Origin: Octopus vulgaris
Lineage: Eukaryota
DNA length: 64,000 nt
Assembly (NCBI GenBank): GCA_951406725.2
Contig: OX597817.1
Location: forward strand, 165,292,001 to 165,356,000
Reading direction: 5' to 3'
Shown: positions 43,250-57,415 of the stretch, one piece after another
How the letters are laid out: the number at the start of each line of letters is the position of its first letter
Position numbering within the stretch: the stretch's first letter is position 1
Notes under the pieces: generated by a model
Told to the model about the DNA's origin: nothing
The model's input: only the letters and a program-made list of their open reading frames with translations
Database searches by the model: none
Translations under genes and position numbers: made by a program

Positions 43250-43640
43250 ACTCTTTTACTCTTTTACTTGTTTCAGTCATTTGACTGCGGCCATGCTGGA
43301 GCACCGCCTTTAGTCGAGCAAATCGACCCTAGAACTTATTCTTTGTAAGCCTAGTACTTATTCTATCGGTCTTTTTTACCGAACTGCTAAGTGACGGGGA
43401 CGTAAACTCACCACCATCTGCTGCCAAGCGATGTTGCGGGGACGAGCAAAGACACACAAACGTATACACACGCATATACATATTTATACATATATACGGC
43501 GGGCTTCTTTCAGTTTCCGTCTATCAAATTCACTCACAAGGCTTTGGTTGACCCGAGGCTATAGTAGAAGACACTTGCTCAAGGTGCCACGCAGTAGGAA
43601 TGAACCCGGAACCATGTGGATGGTAAGCAAGCTACTTACC
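43250..43640 (-). mobile_element. SINE family A
   Basis: Matches family A. Confidence 0.88.
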
Positions 43641-44021
43641 AAACATTATATCTTTTATAAATATATATGAACATAGTTATACGTACATTTCATATCAGTA
43701 ACAAAAAATTCTCATTAATAAATAACTAAAAAGGAAATAAAAATAAAAAATAATTTATTCCATATAGTGACTATTCCTTCTCTAAGTTATATCCGCTGTC
43801 TAAAGATATATTAATAATATATTGATGTCGACTATATAAATAACTTGCAAAAACAGTCAGATTTATTATTTATTAATACTAATGAAATACTAGAAATCTA
43901 CTTATATTTAGCAAAAAGAAATTTAATTACATGAGTACAGGCTGAAATTTTATCAGAATGTTTGTTCAAAAGTAATTTACGGGAAATAAAAAAATTATAT
44001 ATATATATATACAAATGCATG

Positions 44022-44086
<65 letters not shown>

Positions 44087-44721
44087 CTAAGGAACAGGAT
44101 ATCAAATAGTAATGCAGTCCGACCGTTTCAAGCGGCTCCATTTAATTGAACAATGCAATCATCGCATCAATTTAAATGCAGTGATATCTTCAGCTCCAAA
44201 AAATATAAAATTTTTTAATCACATTGATATAATTTTTCCTAAATATTTTAACAGAATAACAAGATGGAAGAAATGCATGTTGTCGCCATTGTAGCAGAGT
44301 GGCTAAGGATAGACTACAATTTCTTAGAATAGAGGAGTGATAACTACTAATATCAACTTAATAAAAAAATATATTTATTCTTACTAGTAATTTCAAGCTT
44401 GATAGGTGTTAGATCATAATTCAAGATTAGTTTCTTTCCTAGCTATAGGTATATTTTTACCTAGAATGGGTTTATTAAGTTTATCTAATAGTTGACAGTG
44501 ACTTCAAAGTTTCAGCTTCCTCGCTGTCACAGAATGGGTTTACTAAGTTTATTTAAGACAGATCGACCAGGGCAACTTACTGTGGACAAGCCTACGTGAT
44601 GTTCAATTATAAATAATAAAAAAAATATATACATTATGTGCAAGACATCACCAAAGAGTGAAATATACGTAAACACGCAAGAGAAAAGTGCTGGACAAAA
44701 TAGCAAAAGAATAGCCTTTGA

Positions 44722-44937
44722 ATAGCCTTCACGTTCCCCGGACTTGACTAGCCCAGATTTTTTTCTTGTCCGTCAAAAAACCGGAGACTCTGGTGCAACT
44801 GAAGAACATCAAAAGAGAAATCAGAGAAGTGGGGTCTGAAACTCTCGAAGGTGTTATGGTACAAGTTTTGGAAAGAGCACGGACGTGCGGAGCCGAAAGT
44901 GGTTGTCATTTAAGCGATGTCTTATTTCATATGTGAT
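44722..44937 (+). pseudogene. Tc1/mariner-superfamily transposase C-terminal remnant
   Basis: PSRSPDLTSPDFFL...LVQLKNIKREIREV...ERARTCGAESGCHLSDVLFHM* (cf. WPPRSPDLTPLDFFLWG). Confidence 0.7.
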
Positions 44938-45342
44938 GTAGTGGTGTTTCAAAATTTGACTTGTGCATATATTCCGGGTGTCTCACGAGTTCTATTGATA
45001 GCAAGCATTCCAGTACTCCATGTTACACGACGAGTTCATCGTTGATAAATCCGTCTCCCAAGGAGCTTTGCCCTTGCCATGAGGGTTACTAGAAACTCAG
45101 CAGGAGCGAAGAAATAAATAATCGCTTAAATAATAAAAAAAAAGATATAAGAACAAAATGAAAGACTTGTTGAAAGTCTGAATGAATCCAACATAGTGCC
45201 AAAGGCTATCTTGTAATGACACAGGAATCTCGAAACGTCTGGTTAGTGCTGGCTTGCTAGAAGACAGCTTGCAAACGATATAACTATCCCCCTTTATTAC
45301 AGTACGTTTCAAGGAGAACAATTTACTGTGGTTATGGCTATA

Positions 45343-45572
45343 TATTTCTTTATTACCCACGAGGGGCTAAACACAGAGGACAAACAAGGACAGACAAAGG
45401 GATTAAGTCGATTACATCGACCCCAGTGCGAAACTGGTAGTTTATTTATCGACCTCGAAAGGATGAAAAGCAAAGTCGACCTCGACGGAATTTGAACTCA
45501 GAACGTAACGACAGACGAAATACCGCTAAGCATTTCGCCCGGCGCGCTAACGTTTCTGCCAGCTCACTGCCT
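45343..45572 (-). mobile_element. SINE family B
   Basis: Matches 17817-18043. Confidence 0.88.
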
Positions 45573-46048
45573 TCTGTGGTTATAGCTGTAACGGTCACAT
45601 ACCTAGGCGGACGGCCTGCGTTTGGCAGATTTCGGAACATATCCGGAATAAGAGAGAGGTAACCCCGAGAAAATACTCTTACTGCCTGTGAGTATCTGTT
45701 AGATGAGAGGTAAGGATGCCAAGACTGAATAAACCAGACTCTCAGCATCATACTAATTTTGTGGGCTGGGAAAATGTCCAGTGTTTCAGATTTTCAGAAG
45801 AATATATTAGTGTGTGTGTGCATAAATAACTGCTTTTATATGATACTATATATAAAACCAACATTAAACACAAGGTTTTCCTTTCACAAGGAAATAGTTG
45901 ACAGTGACTTCAAAGTTTCAGCTTCCTCGCCGTCACAGAATGGGTTTACTAAGTTTATTTAAGACAGATCGGCCAGGACAACTAACTGTGGACAAGCCTA
46001 CGTGGTGTTCAATTATAAATAATAATAAAAAATACACATTATGTGCAA

Positions 46049-46228
46049 GACATCACCAACGAGTGAAATATACGTAAATAAGCGAGAGAAAAGTGCAGGA
46101 CAAAATAGCGAGGCATGAAATGGAAGTAATAAACAGTCAACAACTGATGAGCGAGTTATCTTCGCTCGGTATTTTGTCCCGTACCTTTCTCTCGTGTGTT
46201 TACGTATTTTTCACTCGTTGGTGATGTC
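46049..46228. mobile_element. Palindromic MITE-like element
   Basis: GACATCACCAACGAGTGAAA...TTTCACTCGTTGGTGATGTC with ~65 bp imperfect arms. Confidence 0.7.
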
Positions 46229-46230
46229 CT

Positions 46231-46625
46231 GTGTGGTAAGTAGCTTGCTAACCAACCCACATGGTTCCGGCTTCAGTCCCACTGCGTGGCACCTTGAGCA
46301 AGTGTCTTCTGCTATAGCCTCGGGTCGACCAAAGCCTTGTGAGTGGATTTGGTAGACGGAAACTAAAAGAAGCCCGTCGTATATATATGTATATGTATAG
46401 ATGTGTGTGTGCGTATGTTTATGTGTGTGTTTGTCCCCCAACATCGCTTGACAACTGATGCTGGTGTGTTTACGTCCGCGTCACTTAGCAGTTCGGCAAA
46501 AGAGACCAATAGAATAAGTACTAGGCTTACAAAGAATAAATCCTGGGGGTCGATTTGCTCGACTAAAGGCGGTGCTCCAGCATGGCCACAGTTAAATGAC
46601 TGAAACAAGTAAAAGAGTAAAGAGT
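46231..46625 (+). mobile_element. SINE family A
   Basis: Matches family A. Confidence 0.88.
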
Positions 46626-46742
46626 ATATATATATATATGCATATAATTCTGCATATAATCATGTGTGCACGCACACACAGATACATACACACACAAATG
46701 CACACACATACATACACACAAACACACACACACAAACACATA

Positions 46743-46960
46743 CGAGAACTTGCTGAAAAGTTCCTGACTTTTGGTAAAAGAAAATACAGAAGGAACAGTT
46801 ATTTATAATTTTATTCAACATATAACCCTCTCAAATTCACACACTTATTACAGCGGCCCTTCAGTTTTTTTCTAAGCCCTGTAAAAGAACTCGGAAGGTT
46901 GGACCTCCAACCAGGCCTTTCGCAATTTTCTTAAAAGCCAGGAAATTTTCAGCACCCCTT
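46743..46960 (-). mobile_element. Mariner-derived MITE
   Basis: Same family as 5754-5959. Confidence 0.72.
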
Positions 46961-47165
46961 CCAGTAAGCATACCTGGATACAAACACACACAAATACATT
47001 TAAACAAGACGCTATAAGACCGTTATTTGTGAATTGTAAAGTCTGTTGCAATAACACAGACACAAGTTTAGTAGTAGTAGCAGTAGTAGTAGTAGCAGCA
47101 GCAGCAGCAGTAGTAGTAGTGGTGGTAGTGGTAGTGGTGGTGATGGTGGTGGTAATAGTGGTGGT

Positions 47166-47196
<31 letters not shown>

Positions 47197-47200
<4 letters not shown>

Positions 47201-47375
47201 TAGTTTTATTTTTATAGCGTGCTTTCACTTCACTACCGAGCGCAGCTCTGTGTGCCTTGGGTATGTGCTGTGATTTGTTGTGATGCTCTGATGGTTATTG
47301 TATGGAAAGTGTTCTGCGTAGGATGTGTGCAGTGCCTAGTAGTGCAATTTTCTGTATGTTATATGTGTTTGTCAT
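47197..47375 (-). mobile_element. 3' end of a second R4/Dong-like family beside (TAT)n
   Basis: Minus frame NTYNIQKIALLGTAHILRRTLSIQ*, homologous to VQKIVLTGTSHVLRRALSM at ~63670-63726. Confidence 0.75.
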
Positions 47376-47605
47376 TGCTGTATCCAAGTCTATATCTCTA
47401 TTATTTTCCTTCCATATTTTATATGTATGTGTTGTTGTATTTTCATTTTGTGGGTAGAGCATTGCTGTGAAGTATGCGTGTAAGATAGAAATGTATTCCT
47501 CACGTGTCCATTTACGTCTTTTGGGTTTTAATTGCGGGACATGAGGTACAACGTCCGGCCCATTATTTTGACGGTCGTCATTTTCGTAGGGTACCGATCC
47601 GTTTA

Positions 47606-47690
<85 letters not shown>

Positions 47691-47716
47691 TGTAGTAGTA
47701 GTAAACGTAATGGCTG

Positions 47717-47758
<42 letters not shown>

Positions 47759-47771
47759 AACGTAATGGCTG

Positions 47772-47867
<96 letters not shown>

Positions 47868-47927
47868 GTAGTAGTACTAGTAGTAGTAGTAGTAGTAGTA
47901 CTAGTAGTAGTTGTAGTTGTTGTTGCT

Positions 47928-47978
<51 letters not shown>

Positions 47979-47995
47979 AGCGCAATGGCTGGTAA
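47606..47995. repeat. Compound (TAT)n/(AGT)n/(AAT)n microsatellite
   Basis: Direct repeats with a recurring AAACGTAATGGCTGG interruption. Confidence 0.9.
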
Positions 47996-48354
47996 ATGGG
48001 CTTTCGATTTGAAATATTTGAGTTGCCATGAAAAATAAGGCCGGCGGTAGCCTGTTTCTATAGCTAACTTAAGGAATTATAACAAGAATACTTGACAACG
48101 ATGGGATCAACTCTGAAGGTTCGGCTTACACAGTACAATTTTAAGTTTGTTTTTTGTGTTTTTTTTTTGGTAGCATTCATTGCTTGTTGCTGTAAGTACA
48201 TTTCTTTTCACAAACACTCGACACACACAAACACAAAAATACACACGCGCAAATCTAGCCACTCTACATACATACATACATACATACATACATACATACG
48301 TACACACATACGCACACACACACATACATATAAATATGAGTTTTCATTGAATTT

Positions 48355-49147
48355 CATTGACCCTACTGAGAGGTTGGTACTCTCTTTTGTCGAATCCGGA
48401 AGGATCAAATGCAAAACTGACCTCGGCAGGATTTGAACTCAGAACGTAAGGAGCGGGTAGAAATGCTAGTAAGCGTTTTGTCGCTGAAAGTTCTAATCTG
48501 ATGGATTAAAATCATCAGTTATAGTATTATTAGATCACTGAGAAATAATCCTTTCTGTTACTGATACAAGGCTTGAAATGTTGAGGGGTAGAGGCTTGTT
48601 GATTGCTTTGACTCTAGTGCCCAACAGGTATTTGTTTCATCGACTCTGAAAGGATAAGTGATAAATCCGATCATGATCACCTGTCACCTTATTCCTGAAA
48701 TATAATGGTTTCAAATTTTGGCCCAAGACCGACAATTTCGGAGGAAGGTGTCTAAGTCATTTAAATCGACCCCAGTGCTCAATTGGTACTTGATCGATCC
48801 CGAAAGGTGGAAAAGCAAAGTCGACCCTGGTGGCATTTGAACTCAGAACGTAAAGACGGATGAAATGCTGATGAACGTTTTTCTGAATGTGCTAACGATT
48901 CTGCCAGCTCGCTGCCGTATTGCTGAGAAACAATTCTTTCTACTATAGGTACAAAGCCTGAAATTTTGAGGTAGGGGATTAGTCGATTATATCGATCCTA
49001 GTGCATAACTGGTACTTATTTTATCGACCCTGAAAGGATAAAAGGCAACGTCGACCCTAGCGGCATTTGAACTCAGAACAGAAAGACGGATGACATCCTG
49101 GTAAGCATCTTTTCCGACATGCTAACGATTCTGCCAGCTTGCCGCCG
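48355..49147 (-). mobile_element. Tandem cluster of SINE family B copies
   Basis: Three to four head-to-tail copies; CCGTATTGCTGAGAAA repeated at 48915 and 49145. Confidence 0.8.
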
Positions 49148-49635
49148 TATTGCTGAGAAAAAATAAGAGAGACAAGTACTCAGGGGTGTCGCAGGATGAT
49201 AGAATAATGCAAAAAGAAATGAAAGGGAAACTACTTATCCGTACAAGCGAAGGATTATGGACGCTCTCGAAAGAAAACTATAAGGAAGACTCATTATCAA
49301 AGCAAGAACACATGGTCTATGTTAGTATTAAGGTACTTGCTGTTTTTCTAAAGATAGACAAAGTTATATGTATGAGATAGAAGGGCTAGCAAAGGGATGA
49401 CAATGCACAACACATGAAACCCTAAAATTTACATCGACAAGCATAAAGAACGAAGAAAAGAAGGGTTAGAAGATTGTTAAAGGTAGAGAAAACCATTAGT
49501 ACAGCAATTTTGGTAATTTCAAAATTTATGTTGAGCGCGTTGAAAAGAAAATGCTATCCGTCAAAAGAGATATCAAAAAAATTGTGGCTAGCGAAGGAAG
49601 AGCTGAAACGAGAAATCGGATCGCTAACTATACCT

Positions 49636-49860
49636 ATTTCTGTTACTACCCGCAAGGGGCTAAACACATAGAGGGGACAAACAAGGACAGACATAGGTAT
49701 TAAGTCGATTACATCGACCCCAGTGCGTAACTGGTCCTTAATTTATCGACCCCGAAAGGTTGAAAGGCAAAGTCCACCTCGGCGGAATTTGAACTCAGAA
49801 CGTAACGGCAGGCGAAATACTGCGAAGCATTTCGCCCGGCGTGCTAACGTTTCTGCCAGC
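49636..49860 (-). mobile_element. SINE family B
   Basis: Matches family B; GGATCGCTAACTATACCT on both sides (49618-49635 and 49865-49882) looks like a TSD. Confidence 0.88.
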
Positions 49861-50191
49861 TTATGGATCGCTAACTATACCTTCTCAGGAACAAGCTATT
49901 AGAGTATATTTAGTAAAGGTAAAATTCGGCGAGCAAACGTAGAGCCAGTAGAAAAATAGATGAAAGTTGTAACCGTCTCTTAAGTCAATGCAATAAGTCA
50001 GAAAGAAAAAAAATTGTATGCGTAAATTTGACTGTGTACATCGGGATATTAGCCGAGTGTGGATTGATAGTAGCAGAAAAATGTATGAGATCGAATTCGT
50101 CTCTCATCTTTTCGGCGATCGATGAAATAAGTTAAAGGTTTTTTTATTTCCCACAAGGGCACAACATTGATGATAAATAATAATAAATAAA

Positions 50192-50440
50192 TGGCGTCCT
50201 TTTAAAGCCTAGCCAGGCCCATGGGCCCGGTTTCCCGGTTTCTATGGCGTATGTGTTCCCCAGCTGGATGGGACGCCAGTCCATCTCAGCGTTACTCATT
50301 TTTGCCAGCTGAGTGAACTGGAGCAACGTGAAATGAAGTGTTTTGCTCAAGAACACAGCGCGTCGCCCGGTCCAGGAATCGAAACCACAATCTTACGATC
50401 ATGGTGCTGACACCCTAACCACTAAGCCACGCGCCTCCAC
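50192..50440 (-). mobile_element. SINE family D variant
   Basis: Near-identical to 8772-9020. Confidence 0.85.
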
Positions 50441-51419
50441 CGACATAGATAAAGGACAACACAATGTGATTGGGGTCAGATGGACGAATGGGTATTACAT
50501 TAAGATGAAATTAAAAATTTACAAAATATAAATAAATCGAATGATGGTCTAGACCGGAAGACATTACGGATGGAGTGGGGAGGCAGGTTAAATTCGCACC
50601 CCACGTGCCCCGCCTCGCCACTGATACCTGAGATACGTCCTGCGTCGCATTCATGAGGTTACATTCACGCGCAACATCCGTACTACATTCTTCCATCGAT
50701 TTTCAAACATTTTCAGTCAGGCATTTTCTCTCTAGCCCTATCTACCTTTTAAGGTGAAAGGTGAAATAATTCACCAATTCGATCGATGAAATAAGTACAA
50801 ATCATGTACTGGAATCGATTTTGTATACTAACCTGCTCCCACAAAATTTCAGGACTTATGCCTATAGTATAAATCATCATCATGATCATTACTAAGACGG
50901 TCAACTGGCAGAATTGTTAGTCCGCCGGATTATTAATTATTATTATTATTGAGTGAGAGAGCGGTGCATGCCATCAAAGTGACACTGGGGTAAAATATAC
51001 GAAGCCCAGTACACCCATCATGACTACCCGTCTGATAAGGGTACACCAGGCACATGCATCACAACCATATGTGCGCGACATGGTGATCTCATATCAAGAT
51101 AAACAGCACATGACCTTGCAGGTGGGGCCCAGTTAGAATTTTCTTCAGGTCGAGTAACCCATCCTGCTCAAGAGGTCCCTGAATAAGGGTTGCTTTAGGA
51201 TGTTGAACGAAACACCTATGTTTCCAGAGGTGAATTATTCAAACTCCAAAGAATCCCTCTCAACACATGGCTATGATGCTCTCCCACTACTTCTGCTCGT
51301 GATCAGAGATGCACGTATTGTCAGCCACTAAGGGACATGGTCAACTGGTTAAGGTCAAACAACTGACAAGCAAATCTGTGGTATTGAACAGAATATTTGC
51401 TGTAGCCCATCTTTTATAC

Positions 51420-51495
<76 letters not shown>

Positions 51496-51845
51496 AAGCA
51501 GGTATTTTGGCTTAATAATTTGAGTGACAGAAAAAAATGTCTTTCGATATTTTCTCAGGTTATTTGTAACCTAAATTTAAATCTTGTAAATATCCTCTTT
51601 GAATTTGATATATTTTAGGTCGCTAAAATATAGTAATGGTCAATTAATACGAGGAGAGATGTAAAACTACTATCATAGCTTTTATTTACATCAAGTTATG
51701 TTGCCGGCGAATTTACACAACATGGTTGTCAAAAGGCTATGGCATCATATAAGAAGAATAGGTTCAAACTGCAATGAGTTATTTGGTTTTTGACTGTAAT
51801 TTGTACGTATCATTTAGGTTTACATTGATAAAGGATAAAAATGTA

Positions 51846-52144
51846 AAGACCCTCTTCGGTTATGAACGACCAAGGGATTGCACCTAGAAAGTTCCCCTCC
51901 AAGGCACAGGTCCGGACAAGGTTGTTTATGGAAGACGAGCAGTCGCCCAAGCATACCAGCCTGCCCTCTCCACATCACCGATGTTATCGAAGGGAAAGGC
52001 AAAGGGGCCGATACAGCTTGGCACTGAGTGAACTGGATCAAAGTAAAATAAAGTGCCTTACTCAAGAACGTAACACACAGCCCAATCCAGGAATCAAACT
52101 CACGACCTCATGATTGTGAAGCTGATGCTCTAACCACAGAGCCA
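51846..52144 (-). mobile_element. SINE family D
   Basis: Shares its 3' part with 8090-8232. Confidence 0.8.
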
Positions 52145-54136
52145 TTGATATTTAATATAACAATATAAACACTCAGAATTGTTTACATTTGGAAATAAAT
52201 GTAAAAACTTCGAGAAATATGTAAATAAGGACGAAAACGAGGCAGAAAGCCGCTAGCGAAATTGAATCTACTGTAACCTCAACTATTGTGATACCATTAC
52301 AGCAAAGTGACTCACTCTCTTTCAACCATTCAAATTATATATTTTTGTATTACGTGTGAGAAAGTTAGCTTGTTTATATTTTGAATGCAAATACAGAAAC
52401 ATCGAAGAATATATAAGTATTCTATTTATTATGCCTCACAAATACGAATTCAAATATAAATTGTTCTTACTTGTAATACATAACTCTAGATTCACATTCG
52501 TTATGCATCGGTTATAGAGCACACATACACACATGCAACAAAGAGGCAAACCTCAGTTAAAGGTTTTTATGCTTCGTACCATGATGTTATCAAGACAGTG
52601 TTATCCTCAAAGTCGTTCCAATTTTAGAATATGTGCCGCCGTAGCTAGTATCCTCAAAGTCGACAACCTTATACGTTAAACAATTGAACCCGCCTTATCT
52701 AAAATGTGGTGACACGAGCTGGAATGGGTTTGCATGATAAGAAATTCTATTAAATCGCCCCGTGTTCTCTTAGGATGAAAGAATAATCTGAAGAAACTAC
52801 TGATCGTTTGCATCGACAAAACTACCAAATATAATTTGAAACATACTATAACTTCATGTGCCTCTAAAAGGGTTGAGCTTGGGTTTTCGGATCTTTAACT
52901 TTTGACCGGCAGATTTAGAAAATAATTTTTTGTAACTAAACACTTTCAAACTTCGTGTACTGTTAGAATGTGTCATATAAAATGTCGTTTACTCTTAGCG
53001 TTTTTGAGAAAAGTTTATGTTTACGAAGTTATTTCGTTTTAAAGTTGTCGTATTTCAGTAATTTCAACCAATCAATGACGTGTAGTCGGTTGAATAAAAT
53101 TACTGCCGTTGTTTGTCAACAATAACTATCGATCCAGGCTGTCCACTTGGTTTGGACTCTGATACAAGCAGTAAGAATTTGAATTCTATTTTCAGTTCTA
53201 TGACCATCACCCCAGAATAATAATTACGAAAATAAAAACATTAGAAAAAAATATAATTAACAATTGTGTTCATAATTGTTTTCATTAGCGTATGGTCTAA
53301 ACTCCAGCTTCTGATAATATTGTCTTCTTATCTGGTAGTCTGACATTGTCCCAGTATTTACACTTACCTGAGACTATCATAAATGTCACACAGCTATTAA
53401 TACAACTTACGAGGACAATGAAAATGTCTAAGCATGTAAAACAATGAATTCAATTAGTCCAGGTGTGTAAGATGGCTATCTAAAATATATCCTAAGTTCA
53501 ATTTTCAACAAGATCATCTCATTATTTTCTTCAACTGAAATCAATAAATCAAGTGAACTGGTCTTTAAAATTCATTATTCTTTGAACCTGATATTCAATT
53601 ATTATCATATTTTGAATTGACTTTTATGAAGCATTTCAATTCTTTTTTTCTTTTTTGGTTTTAATATCTACTGTAATTGCGAACAGAACACAAGATCACA
53701 GAACATAATACCATCAAAGATTATCTGATTAATAAATTATCGTCTGTTAGATCGGTATATATTATTTTTCTCGAGTTCTAGGACTTGTAACGGTGGTCAT
53801 CCAGTTTCCATCGAGTATAAGTTACCGAGATCACAACAAGCCCCTAAAATGGACGCCGCTCCGTTGCAGAGTTCAATGTCAGCAATTTTTGAGGGGAGGG
53901 AACAAGTTGATTACATTGACCTCAGTATTTGACTGGTACTGTATCTAATGGGCCTGGTAGAGATGAAAGATAAACTTAACTCCGGTAGGATTTGAAATCA
54001 GAACTTAAAGAGCCGGAAGAAATACTGTTAAGAATTTTGTCCGACGTGCCAACAATTACGGAAGTTCGACGCCTTAGTTCAGCGCAAAGAATGGCAGAAT
54101 TTGTTGAGAACAGAGCAAAATGCCTTGCGATATTTA

Positions 54137-54352
54137 CAAGGGGATGCTGAAAAGTTCCTGGCTGTTAGTAAAAGAAAATACAGGAGAATCTGTTAATTAT
54201 GATATTATTCAACATAATCCTTTCTCAGATTAACACACTTGTTGCAGCGGTTCTTCAGTTTTTCTAAGCCCGGTAATAGAACTCGGAAGGCCGGGCCTTC
54301 AACCAGGACTTTCGTGATACCCTTAAAACCAGGGAGTTTTCAGCACACTTCG
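54137..54352 (-). mobile_element. Mariner-derived MITE
   Basis: TA-flanked TIRs; same family as 5754-5959. Confidence 0.78.
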
Positions 54353-54656
54353 TACACACATACACACACACACACACACTAACACACATATACATAGACA
54401 TATATATCTACATACATATGTATATATAAATGAGTGTGGTGGAGTAAGCATATGATCTCCTAGATTACCATTTTGTATTGTTGCCATTCGGATATGCAAA
54501 TTTTCCATCACCATTCTCGAAAATAAAATACGATAACGTTGTTCTTATTTTTGCAATTGTTTGACTTGTTTATTTTCACTTTCTTAAATTTCAATTTGTA
54601 ACTATATATATACATATACATATATATATATATGTAGGTCCCGGGTTGATTCGGGG

Positions 54657-54695
<39 letters not shown>

Positions 54696-54765
54696 GTGAG
54701 TCCTGTAGAAGAATATTATTCCAAACTTACAGGCAAAAGTAATTTAGAAATACTAAGTCAAATTC

Positions 54766-54919
<154 letters not shown>

Positions 54920-55020
54920 ATATACAAAAATGTAATTTAGACGAAGGTTGTGAGCTCGAATCCGGACCGGGCTGCGTTTTGTGTTCTTCATTTCACGTTG
55001 CTCCAGTTCCACTGTAGAAA

Positions 55021-55055
<35 letters not shown>

Positions 55056-57415
55056 CGGACTTGTGTCTAGGAGGGTAATAGGTGCAATATATATGACCGA
55101 ATATATATATATAAAATTTTAAAAAAACACTTTTATCAATTCAATAATATAAAATTAAAAATATATAATTTTTCTAAATGGTATAATTCAATTTTTCATT
55201 ATTGAATTGATAAAAGGTGTTTTTTTTTTATTAATTTATATATATATATCAAGAAAACGGCAACAACAGTTGCATAGTTTGCTCTTCATTTTGAGTGCCC
55301 TCTACAAGATCTGTCAACAGCTTTACGCTTCTGACTTTTACTATAAGGTCCCTTCTCTTCTAAATTGATTTGCACTATTCGACTTCCTATATGAATATAA
55401 CTCTTGTACCCTATTCACTCAACTAAAATATAACCCATTTATTTGTTTAAAGATCCATCAACATTCGGGTTCTTGTTTTTATTTATTAGTATTTCTTTTT
55501 TTTTTTTTAGTATTTCTCTGTTGTTAATTGCCTTAGTAGATACGGTAAAAATAAACAGATTAATTTCTTTGCGCTGTCCCCTTAAACCAATTTACATCCA
55601 GACTTCAAACTCAAGCAAGATTAACTTTGCATCTAGTCCCTTTATGTTTGATAATATACGTACCAGACCGGGAGTAATTTCCATTTGAAAAACGTACTAG
55701 AGAAGTACTAACCCCAACTAAAATTTCTTGTCCTATACCTATCTTAGAAATCTATGAGCAATCCTCTTGCAGTCTTACATTTTTAATTTCATATCTTCAT
55801 GTTTGGTGGCTGATGTAACAGGATACCTAGTTCATGTATCACCTTTTGCAATGGTGTACAGCTTGTCGATCCCATACATACATACATAACTAGATGTTAG
55901 CATCATTAGTGGTCGAGTAGAATTGTTGGAGTGTCGATAAAATGCTATGAGGTATTTTATTCCGGCTCTTCTGAGTTCAAATTCCCCCGAGATCAGCTTT
56001 GTCTTCCCTATTTTGGGCGTGGATAAAATAAAGTACAATTTATGTATTGAGCTCTAGGTAATAAACTGTTCCTTTTCTACCAAAAATTGTTGGTCATGTC
56101 CCCCCACCAAAAAAAATCCTTTATTAGTCTGTTCATGATTTTTCAGCCAAACATGAGAAGCAAGTGCATTTATATTATGTAACCTACCTGATTTCTTTAT
56201 ATTTGTATCAATACATTTGTTTTGATTTCAAATCTGGTCAGAATTAATTTCCTATTGCATGCTTCCGAGGTCAATAAGCAGAGTACCAGGGAGGTAGGGT
56301 TTCGGTTGCATTGGCTACACACGTGCTCCTAAACCTTAAGCTTTCACTAATGTGGAAGAAACTGTAGAGTTGAACACTAGTATGGATCTCTCCAAACACA
56401 TTTATCAAATCGTACTTGATAGAAGGGAATATTAGCAACAGGCTGTCGCTGTTTCTTCTCTACTATTGCGGTAACTGTAAGATACTTCAATAATAAATTG
56501 AAAAGGTTACTGGGCGACAAAAATGGTACAGAACTGAACTTAATGGAGCTTTGAATTCAAAACCTATCTGATTCGAATTTGCATATTACTTTTACTTTTC
56601 GGACTTGATAAAGTATACACTTGGCGTGTTCATACGTTTATTCAATCGATCGTTAGTCTCTCTAATGTCAGTCATATACTACGGGGACAAATAAACGTTA
56701 GTATCGAAAACTTATATGAAGGATTTTTTTTGTAAAGATATCTTTGTGATCGTAATGGAGAATTTGATATTTGTGAAAAATACTCACATCAAAAATGTGG
56801 GTCTGGAAGTGAACAGGTTATAACAGATGAACTGCAATATACCAGTAATTACAGAGTACTTGCAGTCAGGAGTTGCTTACAATAGTAAAACTGGAATTCA
56901 TATTGTAAGTTTTGCATTTTAATAGTTTTCTGTAGATTCCGCAAGCACAAAAAAAGACATGGAATCATTTGTTAGCTTGTCTTATATTTCATTCCCTGCC
57001 TACAACTTTGGGCTGTACATTCCAGTAGAGTCTATTTACAGCTGGGTGGTACGAGATAACAGGGAAAAAGCATCTTGTATGCGTACTGATCACAATAATG
57101 AAACACTTCACTGAAGGCGGCCGACAGCGACACCCATAAAATCTTCTCATGGTTACCGTATTGATAACTAAAGATCTACAGATCCGAGGCTACAAATATA
57201 TTTTTGTTTCCTACGTCTGAAAGGGAGTTACTGATGAATGTGATATGTTACATTTTGGAAATGATAAATTGAAACAGACTAGCGTCTAAAAGTAGTGAAT
57301 AGTATAGACGTGGGCAGTTGCTTTTAAAATCAAACATGTCATCTGGGAAAGTATTGTAGAATAAATGAACTGCTTATGGCAATGTATTCCGCCGACCGGT
57401 TTCTATTTTAACATA

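Noticed and set aside
47700-47995. Recurring AAACGTAATGGCTGG separated by variable tracts (CRISPR-like spacing)
   Set aside because: The spacers are pure (AGT)n, the context is eukaryotic and no cas genes are present; slippage duplication explains it.
49150-50090. Very faint RTE-like peptides (GVSQDD, RANVEPV)
   Set aside because: Too degenerate to support without a profile search.
53360-53430. Strong minus-strand splice donor CAG|GTAAGT with a short open frame
   Set aside because: Isolated, with no recognisable protein or partner exons; needs RNA-seq.
56735-56885. Possible exon YLCDRNGEFDICEKYSHQKCG...
   Set aside because: No recognisable homology and weak splice signals.
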